A stretch of 63,017 nt of DNA, counting the filler, from Thraustochytrium aureum (taxonomy: Eukaryota), in NCBI GenBank assembly GCA_012862495.1. It is 4 parts of 3 records of this genome, joined end to end, with 100 filler letters (N's around TTAATTAATTAA, not from the genome) between each part and the next. Parts side by side here need not be neighbours in the genome. Positions count along the whole stretch, not along the records: positions 1 to 21,283 come from BLSG01000084.1; 3 more parts are not named here. The stretch is one strand, 5' to 3'. The notes below the pieces were generated by a model. The model saw nothing but the letters and a program-made list of their open reading frames with translations, did not search any database and was not told where the DNA came from. The position numbers and the translations under genes were made by a program. This document shows, in pieces, positions 1 through 9,062 of the stretch; positions within the stretch are counted from its first letter, which is position 1; each line of letters starts with the position of its first letter.

Positions 1-512
1 TTTACTCACCCTGCCGCACTTCACAGCCGTTCACAGCGCTGCTGGGAAACAGGGAGACTTCCGCAGAGTGGGGCTATCTACGAAGCAGGTGCGACGCTTT
101 GTGAGTCACTGTTGGCAGTGCTGAATGCCGCCTGCACCCTTACAAGTTTGCCAAGTTTGCTGGGTACGGTATCTTGGAGGCGCCCTCTCGGAGCTCGGAG
201 CGGTCAAGGATGCGCTCGTGATCGGCGTCCAGTTCTTTGCGCTTCTTCATTCGGTCCTACTGGTACTCAGTACACCAACAGCGCATACCGGTAAGTACTC
301 TTGATAATCCATGAGCAGCGCAAGTCCCACTTTGCGCGAGTTGGGCGCGCCGCGGCGCTTTGCGACAGCCCGGGGCACCGCCGTACGAGTACCCGAGGAG
401 GTAGCGTACTCGAGAGACGTGCGGCAAAAAAACTGAACAGGAATTGGTTTGGTCGCAGCGGGAGTGTATGTAATGTAGAGTAAGGAGGAGGGAGTACAGG
501 TTTGCCTTGTGC

Positions 513-1177
513 CTACTTGCTCACGTCCGATTCTTCGGCGTCGGTGGTGTGCGAGGAGGCAGCTGACGCGCCGCACGTATCGCGCTCTGCGAGACGACAA
601 CGCTTTCTTGGTGCTTCTTCCGTGCTTTCACCCCCGCATTCGCTTCGAGCGGGGACCTCGATCCCAGCACGGTCGAGAAATCGTCGCAACTTGAAGTCGC
701 CTCCGTCCTGGAAGGCGTAGATGAGCCTGGCTCGCTCCTTGGGGTCCGGAAAGTTTAGCGTGCGACTTCCCTCGCCATAAAGAGCGATGAGCTTGAGGTC
801 CACCGCCAAAGCAGCCATCTTTTCACGCTTGAAGCAACCCAGGTGCCGGATCCTGCCCTCAATCCACGCTCTCGCCAACCACACCCGATCTCGCCGGTGC
901 CATGAGACGCCGCGGTAGGCCGAGCACACCGGCGTGAGGTCTTCCTCCGTCTTTGGAGGAGCAGGGGCGGCCTTGCACTTTTGCGACGACGTCGAGCCCG
1001 AGCCCGGCGTGGCGCGAGCCTGGGGCCCTAGGGAGCTCAGCTTGCGTTTCCTAAACGTGGCCTGACTCACCTTGGCGAGGTGCTCGGAGGAAGCGAGCGG
1101 CAGAGCGGTCCGCCTCTGCAGCGGTATTGAGCCACTTGAGTCAGCCGTCGCGGGTTTGTTCGCGGTGCTGCTGGTCC
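513..1177 (-). CDS. AP2/ERF-domain transcription factor 1 (3' part; 5' end in or beyond the N gap)
   Basis: AP2 motif YRGVSWHRRDRVWLARAWIEGRIRHLGCFKREKMAALAVD...LNFP (~691-917). Basic NLS-like RKRK. TAG stop at 513-515. The frame appears open upstream toward the gap. Confidence 0.88.
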
Positions 1178-2078
1178 NNNNNNNNNNNNNNNNNNNNNNN
1201 NNNNNNNNNNNNNNNNNNNNNNNNNNNNNNNNNNNNNNNNNNNNNNNNNNNNNNNNNNNNNNNNNNNNNNNNNNNNNNNNNNNNNNNNNNNNNNNNNNNN
1301 NNNNNNNNNNNNNNNNNNNNNNNNNNNNNNNNNNNNNNNNNNNNNNNNNNNNNNNNNNNNNNNNNNNNNNNNNNNNNNNNNNNNNNNNNNNNNNNNNNNN
1401 NNNNNNNNNNNNNNNNNNNNNNNNNNNNNNNNNNNNNNNNNNNNNNNNNNNNNNNNNNNNNNNNNNNNNNNNNNNNNNNNNNNNNNNNNNNNNNNNNNNN
1501 NNNNNNNNNNNNNNNNNNNNNNNNNNNNNNNNNNNNNNNNNNNNNNNNNNNNNNNNNNNNNNNNNNNNNNNNNNNNNNNNNNNNNNNNNNNNNNNNNNNN
1601 NNNNNNNNNNNNNNNNNNNNNNNNNNNNNNNNNNNNNNNNNNNNNNNNNNNNNNNNNNNNNNNNNNNNNNNNNNNNNNNNNNNNNNNNNNNNNNNNNNNN
1701 NNNNNNNNNNNNNNNNNNNNNNNNNNNNNNNNNNNNNNNNNNNNNNNNNNNNNNNNNNNNNNNNNNNNNNNNNNNNNNNNNNNNNNNNNNNNNNNNNNNN
1801 NNNNNNNNNNNNNNNNNNNNNNNNNNNNNNNNNNNNNNNNNNNNNNNNNNNNNNNNNNNNNNNNNNNNNNNNNNNNNNNNNNNNNNNNNNNNNNNNNNNN
1901 NNNNNNNNNNNNNNNNNNNNNNNNNNNNNNNNNNNNNNNNNNNNNNNNNNNNNNNNNNNNNNNNNNNNNNNNNNNNNNNNNNNNNNNNNNNNNNNNNNNN
2001 NNNNNNNNNNNNNNNNNNNNNNNNNNNNNNNNNNNNNNNNNNNNNNNNNNNNNNNNNNNNNNNNNNGGTCTGCTCAGC

Positions 2079-2489
2079 TCAAGGCGGTGCTGTGTCTCTT
2101 GCTCTCATGCTCTCATGCAAGATGATCATGCTGTTGGTGGTGCGCTTTGCTCTAGCTCTAGAGGTAAGTACCTCTGTGCAAGCTAGTGATGGGGTTGCAG
2201 ACCCTGAGGAGCCTCTGGAGAGCGTTGAAGGCAGCGCGGTTAGGCGGTCTGTCAAGTTATAAACACGCAGTTCACGGACGACTGTGCGGAACACCAGAGG
2301 AACGGAAACATTCACCTTTCTGCTGATGCGCTCCACTCTCCGCGTACCATCGGCACAAATTAAGGTCGGCCGGAGGTTATTATCTCTTCGAGAGCCGCGT
2401 AAGACGTCCTGCGAGCCCCCACCGAGCGGATCTGCATCAGGTGATGGGACCCCCATCGCCGAGTCCTGACCCTGCAGTCTCTCATTCAT
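2079..2489 (-). CDS. Possible N-terminal segment of AP2 factor 1, or a small hypothetical ORF
   Basis: ATG at 2489 (MNERLQGQDSAMGVPSPDADPLGGGSQD...) lies on the same strand just upstream of the gap preceding the AP2 exon. No recognisable domain. Confidence 0.3.
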   Translation of the reverse strand: MNERLQGQDSAMGVPSPDADPLGGGSQDVLRGSRRDNNLRPTLICADGTRRVERISRKVNVSVPLVFRTVVRELRVYNLTDRLTALPSTLSRGSSGSATPSLACTEVLTSRARAKRTTNSMIILHESMRARDTAPP

Positions 2490-2984
2490 TGCCGTTGCGT
2501 TATGAGAGGTGCAAGTGTGGGGGCGCTCGCATCGATTCGAGTGCGTCCACCGACTCGGACCCGGACACCCGACCGGCGCAACGTGCGTCCAGGCTGGCTC
2601 GGACAAAACAGCAAGTGCCCTCCGTCGTCGAGCGGGAGGAGGCAAGCGGATCCTCATTCTCGTCGAGCTGGGTACCTACTCTACCTTGCCGTAGCGTACT
2701 TTACTTGTAAGTGCCGGCCAGAGTAGAGTACTCCACTCGTACTCGAGGAGTCCAGCCGTGTCCGGGCCATTCTCCACCCCGCGTTGATGTTGCGCAACTC
2801 TGTTGCATGACCCTTCGCGAGCTCCGCCAGCTCGGCCGTCCCGGGCGGTTGGGTTGGGGATCGATCGCGAGCGGAAGGCTCGTGCGCCCAATTCAACTGC
2901 TTCGCGTCTGAACTGATGGCCGGGCTCCTGCGAATGAACATCAGCGAGCTTGCGCTTGTCACAGTCAGCTTCTCAGCAGGCGAA

Positions 2985-3064
2985 CCGAGTCGCACGGCTG
3001 CTCTCCGAGTCGCACGGCTGCTCTCCGACAAACCTGCCCTCCGACAAACCTGCCCTCCGACAAA
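2985..3064. repeat. Compound tandem repeat: 20 bp x2, then 16 bp x2.5
   Basis: CCGAGTCGCACGGCTGCTCT x2, then CCGACAAACCTGCCCT x2 plus CCGACAAA. Confidence 0.9.
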
Positions 3065-3169
3065 TCTGGTACCTTGCAGGTTGCGACTCGAGCACCTTTG
3101 CTTCGTCGCAGGCATCCAAAGCGTTTCCAAACCCTTGTCAAGGCGCCGGCCTTGGCCCTCTCTAGCTTG

Positions 3170-4921
3170 CTAGCTAGCTAGAGAGCGTGCAGCCTCAGTG
3201 GCGCAGCGATAAGGCAAGCTGGGCAGCGCCCGATCAACCAACCTCCGGAGGTCACGCCCATCCGCGATCCCTCCAGCAACTCGATTGGACAGGGCATAGA
3301 TCAATCGCAATAATTCATTATCGATCCGGACCGGATAAGTGTACACGAGTGAGCAGCAGGGACCGAAGCCCAGCCCGCCGTCACACACTTGATCAAGACA
3401 GAGTTGAAAGTCAAGCAGGAACCGCTCGCAGCCCTGCACGCTCAGGCCAACCCAGGCGACCCCGCGACTGGCATCGGCTTGGCGCCATTGGTGACCTGGT
3501 CGGGCGAGACAGGGGCGCGCGGCCTTGGTCATTCCAGGGTGCGATTGCTTCCCGGAAAGGTCAGAAACAGTGCTGTCGCTACTCACAGAGCTGAGCGACT
3601 CGTCGACGGTGCGAGAGCGCTTCGGCCCCGAGGGGCGGCCGTCGTCGAAACTGGACGAGTCGTCGCACGAGCCCTCCGAAGCGCGCTTGGCCGCCGCGAT
3701 GCGCGACTTGGTCTTCTTGTTCGGCCCGCGGCGGTAGGAGACGGCCAGATCGGCCGCAGTCTTCACGCGAAACTCGCCCGTCTGCTGGAACACGGCGATG
3801 AGCTGCTGGCGCTGGAACGGGTCGGGAAAGTTGAGCTCCTTCTTGGCTCGGTTGCCAAAGTGCTCGATCGTGCGCAGATCCACTGCAAGCGCGGCCATCT
3901 GCTCGGACCGGTAGCAGCCGAGGTGCTCGATCTTGCCGTCGATCCAGGTGCGCGCCAGCCACTTGCGGTCGCGCTTGTGCCAGGACACGCCGCGATACTT
4001 TGAGCTCGCGTTGCCAATGGGAGGCTCTGCGCAGGGTCGCGCGGCGCTCGTGAGGCCGAGGCTTGCAAGGTATTGACCAGCCAGTGCGGGAGGGAGGCCC
4101 TGTGGCAAAATCACCATCGTGCCGTTTCCAGCCGGCACTGCGCACAGCATTTGGGTGCCAGCAGCACCGCCTTGCTGGAGAATCTGGACCTGCTGCGCCG
4201 GCTGCTGGTGCTGGTGCTGCTGGTGGTTTTGCGCGGGCATCTGGAGCATCATCGTTTGTTGCTGCCCACGTTGGCCCAAGAGCTGTGGAGAGTGCTGTGG
4301 GTTGACGAGCGCGCCTTGCGACATCGCGGATAGGTACTGGATCGTCGGGATGAAGTTGCTATTTTGCCCGCCTGCGCGAAGTTGACTCCCAGGCCTTGCG
4401 GCACATTGTTGCCGAGCAGGACGCCAGGCTGCTGGTGCTGGTCCTGCTTGCTCGACGGAGCGGCGTGGCCGGAGTTGCCCGTGTTGCCGGCGCCAGCAAC
4501 GGCGCTGTTGCCGGCGCCAAGGGGCTGAAATCCGCTCATCTGTCCAAGCCACGGCATGCTCTGCTGGTGCATGGTTTGCTGCAACAGCGGTGGAAGTCCA
4601 ACCGCCACCTGCTGTTGTTGGTGTTGCTGCTGGGTGCTGCTCGGCGAGATTACGCCGGCATCGCTTGGCGCGCCGGAGCGCAGCGAGGAGGACCCTGCCA
4701 TCGCCTGCAGCTTGAACTGCATGCTGTTGCTTGTGAAGCTCGCGCTCGGCGCCAGCCCCTCCCCCGTTCGAGCCGTTGTTCCGAGTGTTAAACACCAGCC
4801 CTTGGCCCATCCCCGCGAGCCCCGAAGCTAGCATCATCTGCTGCCAGGCGTTTGACGTTTGGCCGGCCGAGCTGGCGCCGCTCTGCCCAGCTGGCGACAA
4901 GCCTATACCATTCGACGTCAT
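3170..4921 (-). CDS. AP2/ERF-domain transcription factor 2 with Q/G-rich activation-like region (frameshifted; 3' end uncertain)
   Basis: SKYRGVSWHKRDRKWLARTWIDGKIEHLGCYRSEQMAALAVD...LNFP (~3766-4003), plus polyQ tracts. Between ~4380 and ~4760 the plausible protein is in the alternate frame (ORF 4249..4722), implying two compensating frameshifts. Confidence 0.88.
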   Translation of the reverse strand: MTSNGIGLSPAGQSGASSAGQTSNAWQQMMLASGLAGMGQGLVFNTRNNGSNGGGAGAERELHKQQHAVQAAGDGRVLLAALRRAKRCRRNLAEQHPAATPTTAGGGWTSTAVAANHAPAEHAVAWTDERISAPWRRQQRRCWRRQHGQLRPRRSVEQAGPAPAAWRPARQQCAARPGSQLRAGGQNSNFIPTIQYLSAMSQGALVNPQHSPQLLGQRGQQQTMMLQMPAQNHQQHQHQQPAQQVQILQQGGAAGTQMLCAVPAGNGTMVILPQGLPPALAGQYLASLGLTSAARPCAEPPIGNASSKYRGVSWHKRDRKWLARTWIDGKIEHLGCYRSEQMAALAVDLRTIEHFGNRAKKELNFPDPFQRQQLIAVFQQTGEFRVKTAADLAVSYRRGPNKKTKSRIAAAKRASEGSCDDSSSFDDGRPSGPKRSRTVDESLSSVSSDSTVSDLSGKQSHPGMTKAARPCLARPGHQWRQADASRGVAWVGLSVQGCERFLLDFQLCLDQVCDGGLGFGPCCSLVYTYPVRIDNELLRLIYALSNRVAGGIADGRDLRRLVDRALPSLPYRCATEAARSLAS

Positions 4922-7639
4922 CCTGCAACGCGGCTTAAAGACAGCCGCCGCTTGCTCTGCGATACCTTCGTCGCGACAGCCTCACCGCGCCCCGTGCTCC
5001 TCACCTGCGTCTGCTCGTCCGCCTAGTCGTCACCCGTGCTCGAGCCGTGAGACCAAGAAAAAACCCGGCGTCCTGCGCCTGGCCAGACCAACCCAAACCC
5101 TCCTCTCGGCAGCGCGCTCTACCAATCGACGACGCCCTGNNNNNNNNNNNNNNNNNNNNNNNNNNNNNNNNNNNNNNNNNNNNNNNNNNNNNNNNNNNNN
5201 NNNNNNNNNNNNNNNNNNNNNNNNNNNNNNNNNNNNNNNNNNNNNNNNNNNNNNNNNNNNNNNNNNNNNNNNNNNNNNNNNNNNNNNNNNNNNNNNNNNN
5301 NNNNNNNNNNNNNNNNNNNNNNNNNNNNNNNNNNNNNNNNNNNNNNNNNNNNNNNNNNNNNNNNNNNNNNNNNNNNNNNNNNNNNNNNNNNNNNNNNNNN
5401 NNNNNNNNNNNNNNNNNNNNNNNNNNNNNNNNNNNNNNNNNNNNNNNNNNNNNNNNNNNNNNNNNNNNNNNNNNNNNNNNNNNNNNNNNNNNNNNNNNNN
5501 NNNNNNNNNNNNNNNNNNNNNNNNNNNNNNNNNNNNNNNNNNNNNNNNNNNNNNNNNNNNNNNNNNNNNNNNNNNNNNNNNNNNNNNNNNNNNNNNNNNN
5601 NNNNNNNNNNNNNNNNNNNNNNNNNNNNNNNNNNNNNNNNNNNNNNNNNNNNNNNNNNNNNNNNNNNNNNNNNNNNNNNNNNNNNNNNNNNNNNNNNNNN
5701 NNNNNNNNNNNNNNNNNNNNNNNNNNNNNNNNNNNNNNNNNNNNNNNNNNNNNNNNNNNNNNNNNNNNNNNNNNNNNNNNNNNNNNNNNNNNNNNNNNNN
5801 NNNNNNNNNNNNNNNNNNNNNNNNNNNNNNNNNNNNNNNNNNNNNNNNNNNNNNNNNNNNNNNNNNNNNNNNNNNNNNNNNNNNNGGTGGGGAAGGACGC
5901 GGCTGGAATCTGCGCCTGGCATGTGAGGAGCCGTGTCCTTGGATAGGGTCGCAGGACAGCGTTGTGTGGCGGTGAAGTTATGCTTTTCCGAATCTGTCTC
6001 ACCCCTCTCGGTGGTGCCGCCACTGTGGAGCCAGTGTTACAAAGTCCTGAGCGGAGTCTGCGAAAGCTTGCAAACGCCCTCCGACGGCGCTGGTGAGGCT
6101 CATGAGCCGCTTGGCGCTGCGACCGAGCCGATGCACACCGAAGCCAACTACTTACCTCCTGCGAGTTTTCGTACGTAACGCGCTCTTGTGTGAGGCGCCT
6201 CGGCATCGGCGAAGCTGAGGCCCAATGCCAACGGACACGGCTCGACGCCTTCGACAATCTGGGCGCGGCGGGTCGGCCAACGTGAGGCGCGCCACTACGA
6301 GCTAGAGAGTGGCTCTGAAGGCTGCCCGCTCGCGCGTTGGTTTTTGGCTCCAGTAGCACAAGTAGACTCGAGCATCACGAGAGCCCGGTTGTCTCGGACG
6401 CGGCAACCAGTGATCTCCTGTGCGTGATCGCGCCTGCGCTGCTCCTTGCGCAACAGGCGACTCCAGCAACTTGTTTCTGCGCCGGCAAATTGAAGGCCGG
6501 TACTCTGCACGCCCATGAAGCTGCCTTTTGGCCCCAACGCCACTCGGTGCTAGCGAATCAATCGCGCAGCCTCGGACGCGGCCAGGCGGCGTTTTTGCTC
6601 CCTGAGTCATCAAGCGCAGACATGGCGTCCGAGCGCCGAGGTTACGAGCGAGCAGAGAAACCTGCCGACCAGTGCGGCCATGATCTTGTTCTTGATTCTC
6701 CGTCGCCTGGCGACGCAAGCCAGGCCTGCGCGTTGATGCTTCTTTGACTCGGAGGCGTTGCGCAACAACAAAAACCTTCTCCGTCCATAACATTGGGGCC
6801 CCACAACTCGGCTGACTTCACTGAAAAACGTTTCCTTTCGGCTCAAGAGAACCTATTTTGCCTTTTTATAACTTTTTTTTTCAATTTTTCAATTTTCAGT
6901 TTTTTTAGTTTTTAGTTTTTAGTTTTTCAGGTTGCTAAAAATCGAAAGTGACTTGGTTTTTGTCGTGGAGGAAATCGAAACGACAACACAACGTGTTTTT
7001 TTTTCCTTCGGCCACACAAGCCTCTTTTCGTACTTGTCGCCAAGATTTTCACCGCGCACCACGGGGCACCAGAACCCGCGCATCTGGAGCAGCACTCCCG
7101 TGCCAGCCTGCGATTCGTAAGGTGACCCGCGGACTCGAGGGCACTCTCGCGCCGACCTGGAGCGGCCTGCCTTCAATGAATTCACCGAATTTCTCGCCAT
7201 CCCGGCGCAATTTGCTTTACGCCTGACTTTGTGCGCGCTGCCCCACCTGCTCTCGGCTCCAGGCCGCTTGAACCGTTGCGATACCCCATCACGAGCTGTT
7301 TCGTCCCGAACCGCGGGAGAAGCACGAGCTCCTCCCCGGGACGTATCATCCGAATGTCGTGCAACCTGGGCGGACACGATCGATCGCACCCGCCGACCGA
7401 GCTGCGGGAGCACCTGCACACGCCGAGAACTGACCGCCCTGTGGCTTGTTGGATTGTCGCGCGGCGGTTGAAACGCTCCCTGGGGTTGCAGCAAGCGCAC
7501 CCGCCACTCTTGCGCTAGCGACAGCGACGTCTTCTCCGTGCGCCAGCGGCATTGAGTCGACATGGCCGCCTGAGGCTGCTGCCATCGAGCGCTGCGAGGC
7601 GGAGGCCGCCCGACGATTCTATCACCCCCTGGCGGACTC

Positions 7640-7738
7640 GTGCCATGTTCGATGCACAGCTCATCGCTCCAGGTGCCATGTTCGATGCACAGCTCATCGC
7701 ACCAGGTGCCATGTTCGATGCACAGCTCATCGCACCAG
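7640..7738. repeat. 33-bp tandem repeat x3
   Basis: GTGCCATGTTCGATGCACAGCTCATCGC(T/A)CCAG at 7640, 7673 and 7706. Confidence 0.92.
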
Positions 7739-8217
7739 GAGACATTTCTTTCATCAAGACGTTGTCAGCGAAAACGACAAGGACTCGAAGGAGCTGATCT
7801 GAACTGCTGATTTCATCTTCGTTCGCGTTTCGTGTTCATGATAGCAATTCAAAAGATCTACAGAGTGTCGGTCGGCATCGGAGACGCGGGGCATCGAGCC
7901 GCGGCTTCGGTGGCAACGGGCTTGGTTGGCGACGTCCAACGCCCGATCCGAGATAGTCCAAGGCGGAAGCGCCTCATCCGCTTGCGACAGGAGTGAGCAG
8001 CGGCTGTCTTGCGTCTCGTCTGTGCTCCCCAGCGCGGATCGATGCAGGCCGCCAAGGCCGGCTCGCTCCTTGCTCGGTGGCTGCAGCCGCAGGGTCTCTG
8101 GCCAGCGCGTCGCAGGCCCCGGGCCCGCGGGCCAAGCTAGCGCACTTGCATCCAGTGGGCGATCCAGCCAGCCCCGTCGCAAGCTGTTCCCGTCGCCTCT
8201 GCGCGCGCTCCAAGCGA

Positions 8218-8478
8218 CTAGATGACTGCCAAGTCCTCGCCGGACGAGCGCCTCTGCACGAGCTCGACCGCGCGTCCCTGGCCAGCATCGGGGTCGCCAT
8301 CCTTGCGCCCCACGCGGGTGTTGATGTCCGCGTCGCTCAAGTACTCGTGCGCAAACCTCGTCCGAAAGTACATCCCATGGAACACGCCAAAGACAGTCGT
8401 CACCAAGAGCGCCAGCACCAGCACCGTCATCGCAGCGTCCCGCGCGCCTTGCGCCTCGTCCGTGAGCTGCGACCCCAT
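8218..8478 (-). CDS. Small single-pass membrane protein (86 aa)
   Basis: ATG at 8478. MGSQLTDEAQGARDAAMTVLVLALLVTTVFGVFHGMYFRTRF... has one hydrophobic helix followed by basic residues, with GC3-rich codons. Confidence 0.55.
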   Translation of the reverse strand: MGSQLTDEAQGARDAAMTVLVLALLVTTVFGVFHGMYFRTRFAHEYLSDADINTRVGRKDGDPDAGQGRAVELVQRRSSGEDLAVI

Positions 8479-9062
8479 ATGCCCCGTCCTGGTCGGCTCC
8501 CAGCCGATCACACCACACCAAACCCAACCCTTACAGCCCCACACCGAGGCCGCGCGGGAGGGGCGCGCGCGAGAGCGATCGAGAGCCCAGCCGCGGCCCC
8601 GGCGCACCGCAGCCCGCGTGCGGGGCGTGCGGGATCGACAAGCCTGCCAGCCCAAAGCGCCGCCCCCACAAAAAAAATAATCCGCGCCCGATCCTGCCCA
8701 ATGCGCGCCCAGGACCTCTGCGCGCGCCAGCGCACAGCGCACGGGCCGCACGCCTCCGCCGCCACCGCCACTGCCACCTGGGAGCAGCCGCGCAACGACG
8801 ACTGGCCGCAGTGGCTGGCCAGCTGGATTGACGCACACGCGATGGACTACTCATCTACTTCGAAGGGTTGTAGTTGAAGAGCGAGGGACACGAGGAGAGC
8901 AGCTCCGTGGACGGCAGCAGGTCCCGATCTTGCTCGCGCGGGCGCAACGCTCTCGGTTGGGGCTGCGGCCTTGCTGGGCCTCGTCGGGAGCGGCGCGTCC
9001 AGGGCTTGGCGGGCCGAGGGCGCCGTGGCGGCATCGCGCGAGGCGTCGGTTGGCTAACCGCC

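Noticed and set aside
1072..2262. Long ORFs spanning N gaps (also 4776-6359, 16210-17208, 26535-28019, 58483-59901, 60445-61595)
   Set aside because: Their length comes from translating Ns; they are not evidence of genes.
7640..7738. 33-bp repeats as a CRISPR array or tRNA
   Set aside because: Units are directly adjacent with no spacers, there are no cas genes, the context is eukaryotic, and no cloverleaf forms around the GTTCGA.
5886..8200. Several 80-290 aa ORFs on both strands
   Set aside because: No recognisable motifs, Arg/Ala/Pro-rich composition typical of chance ORFs in GC-rich DNA, and no consistent frame.
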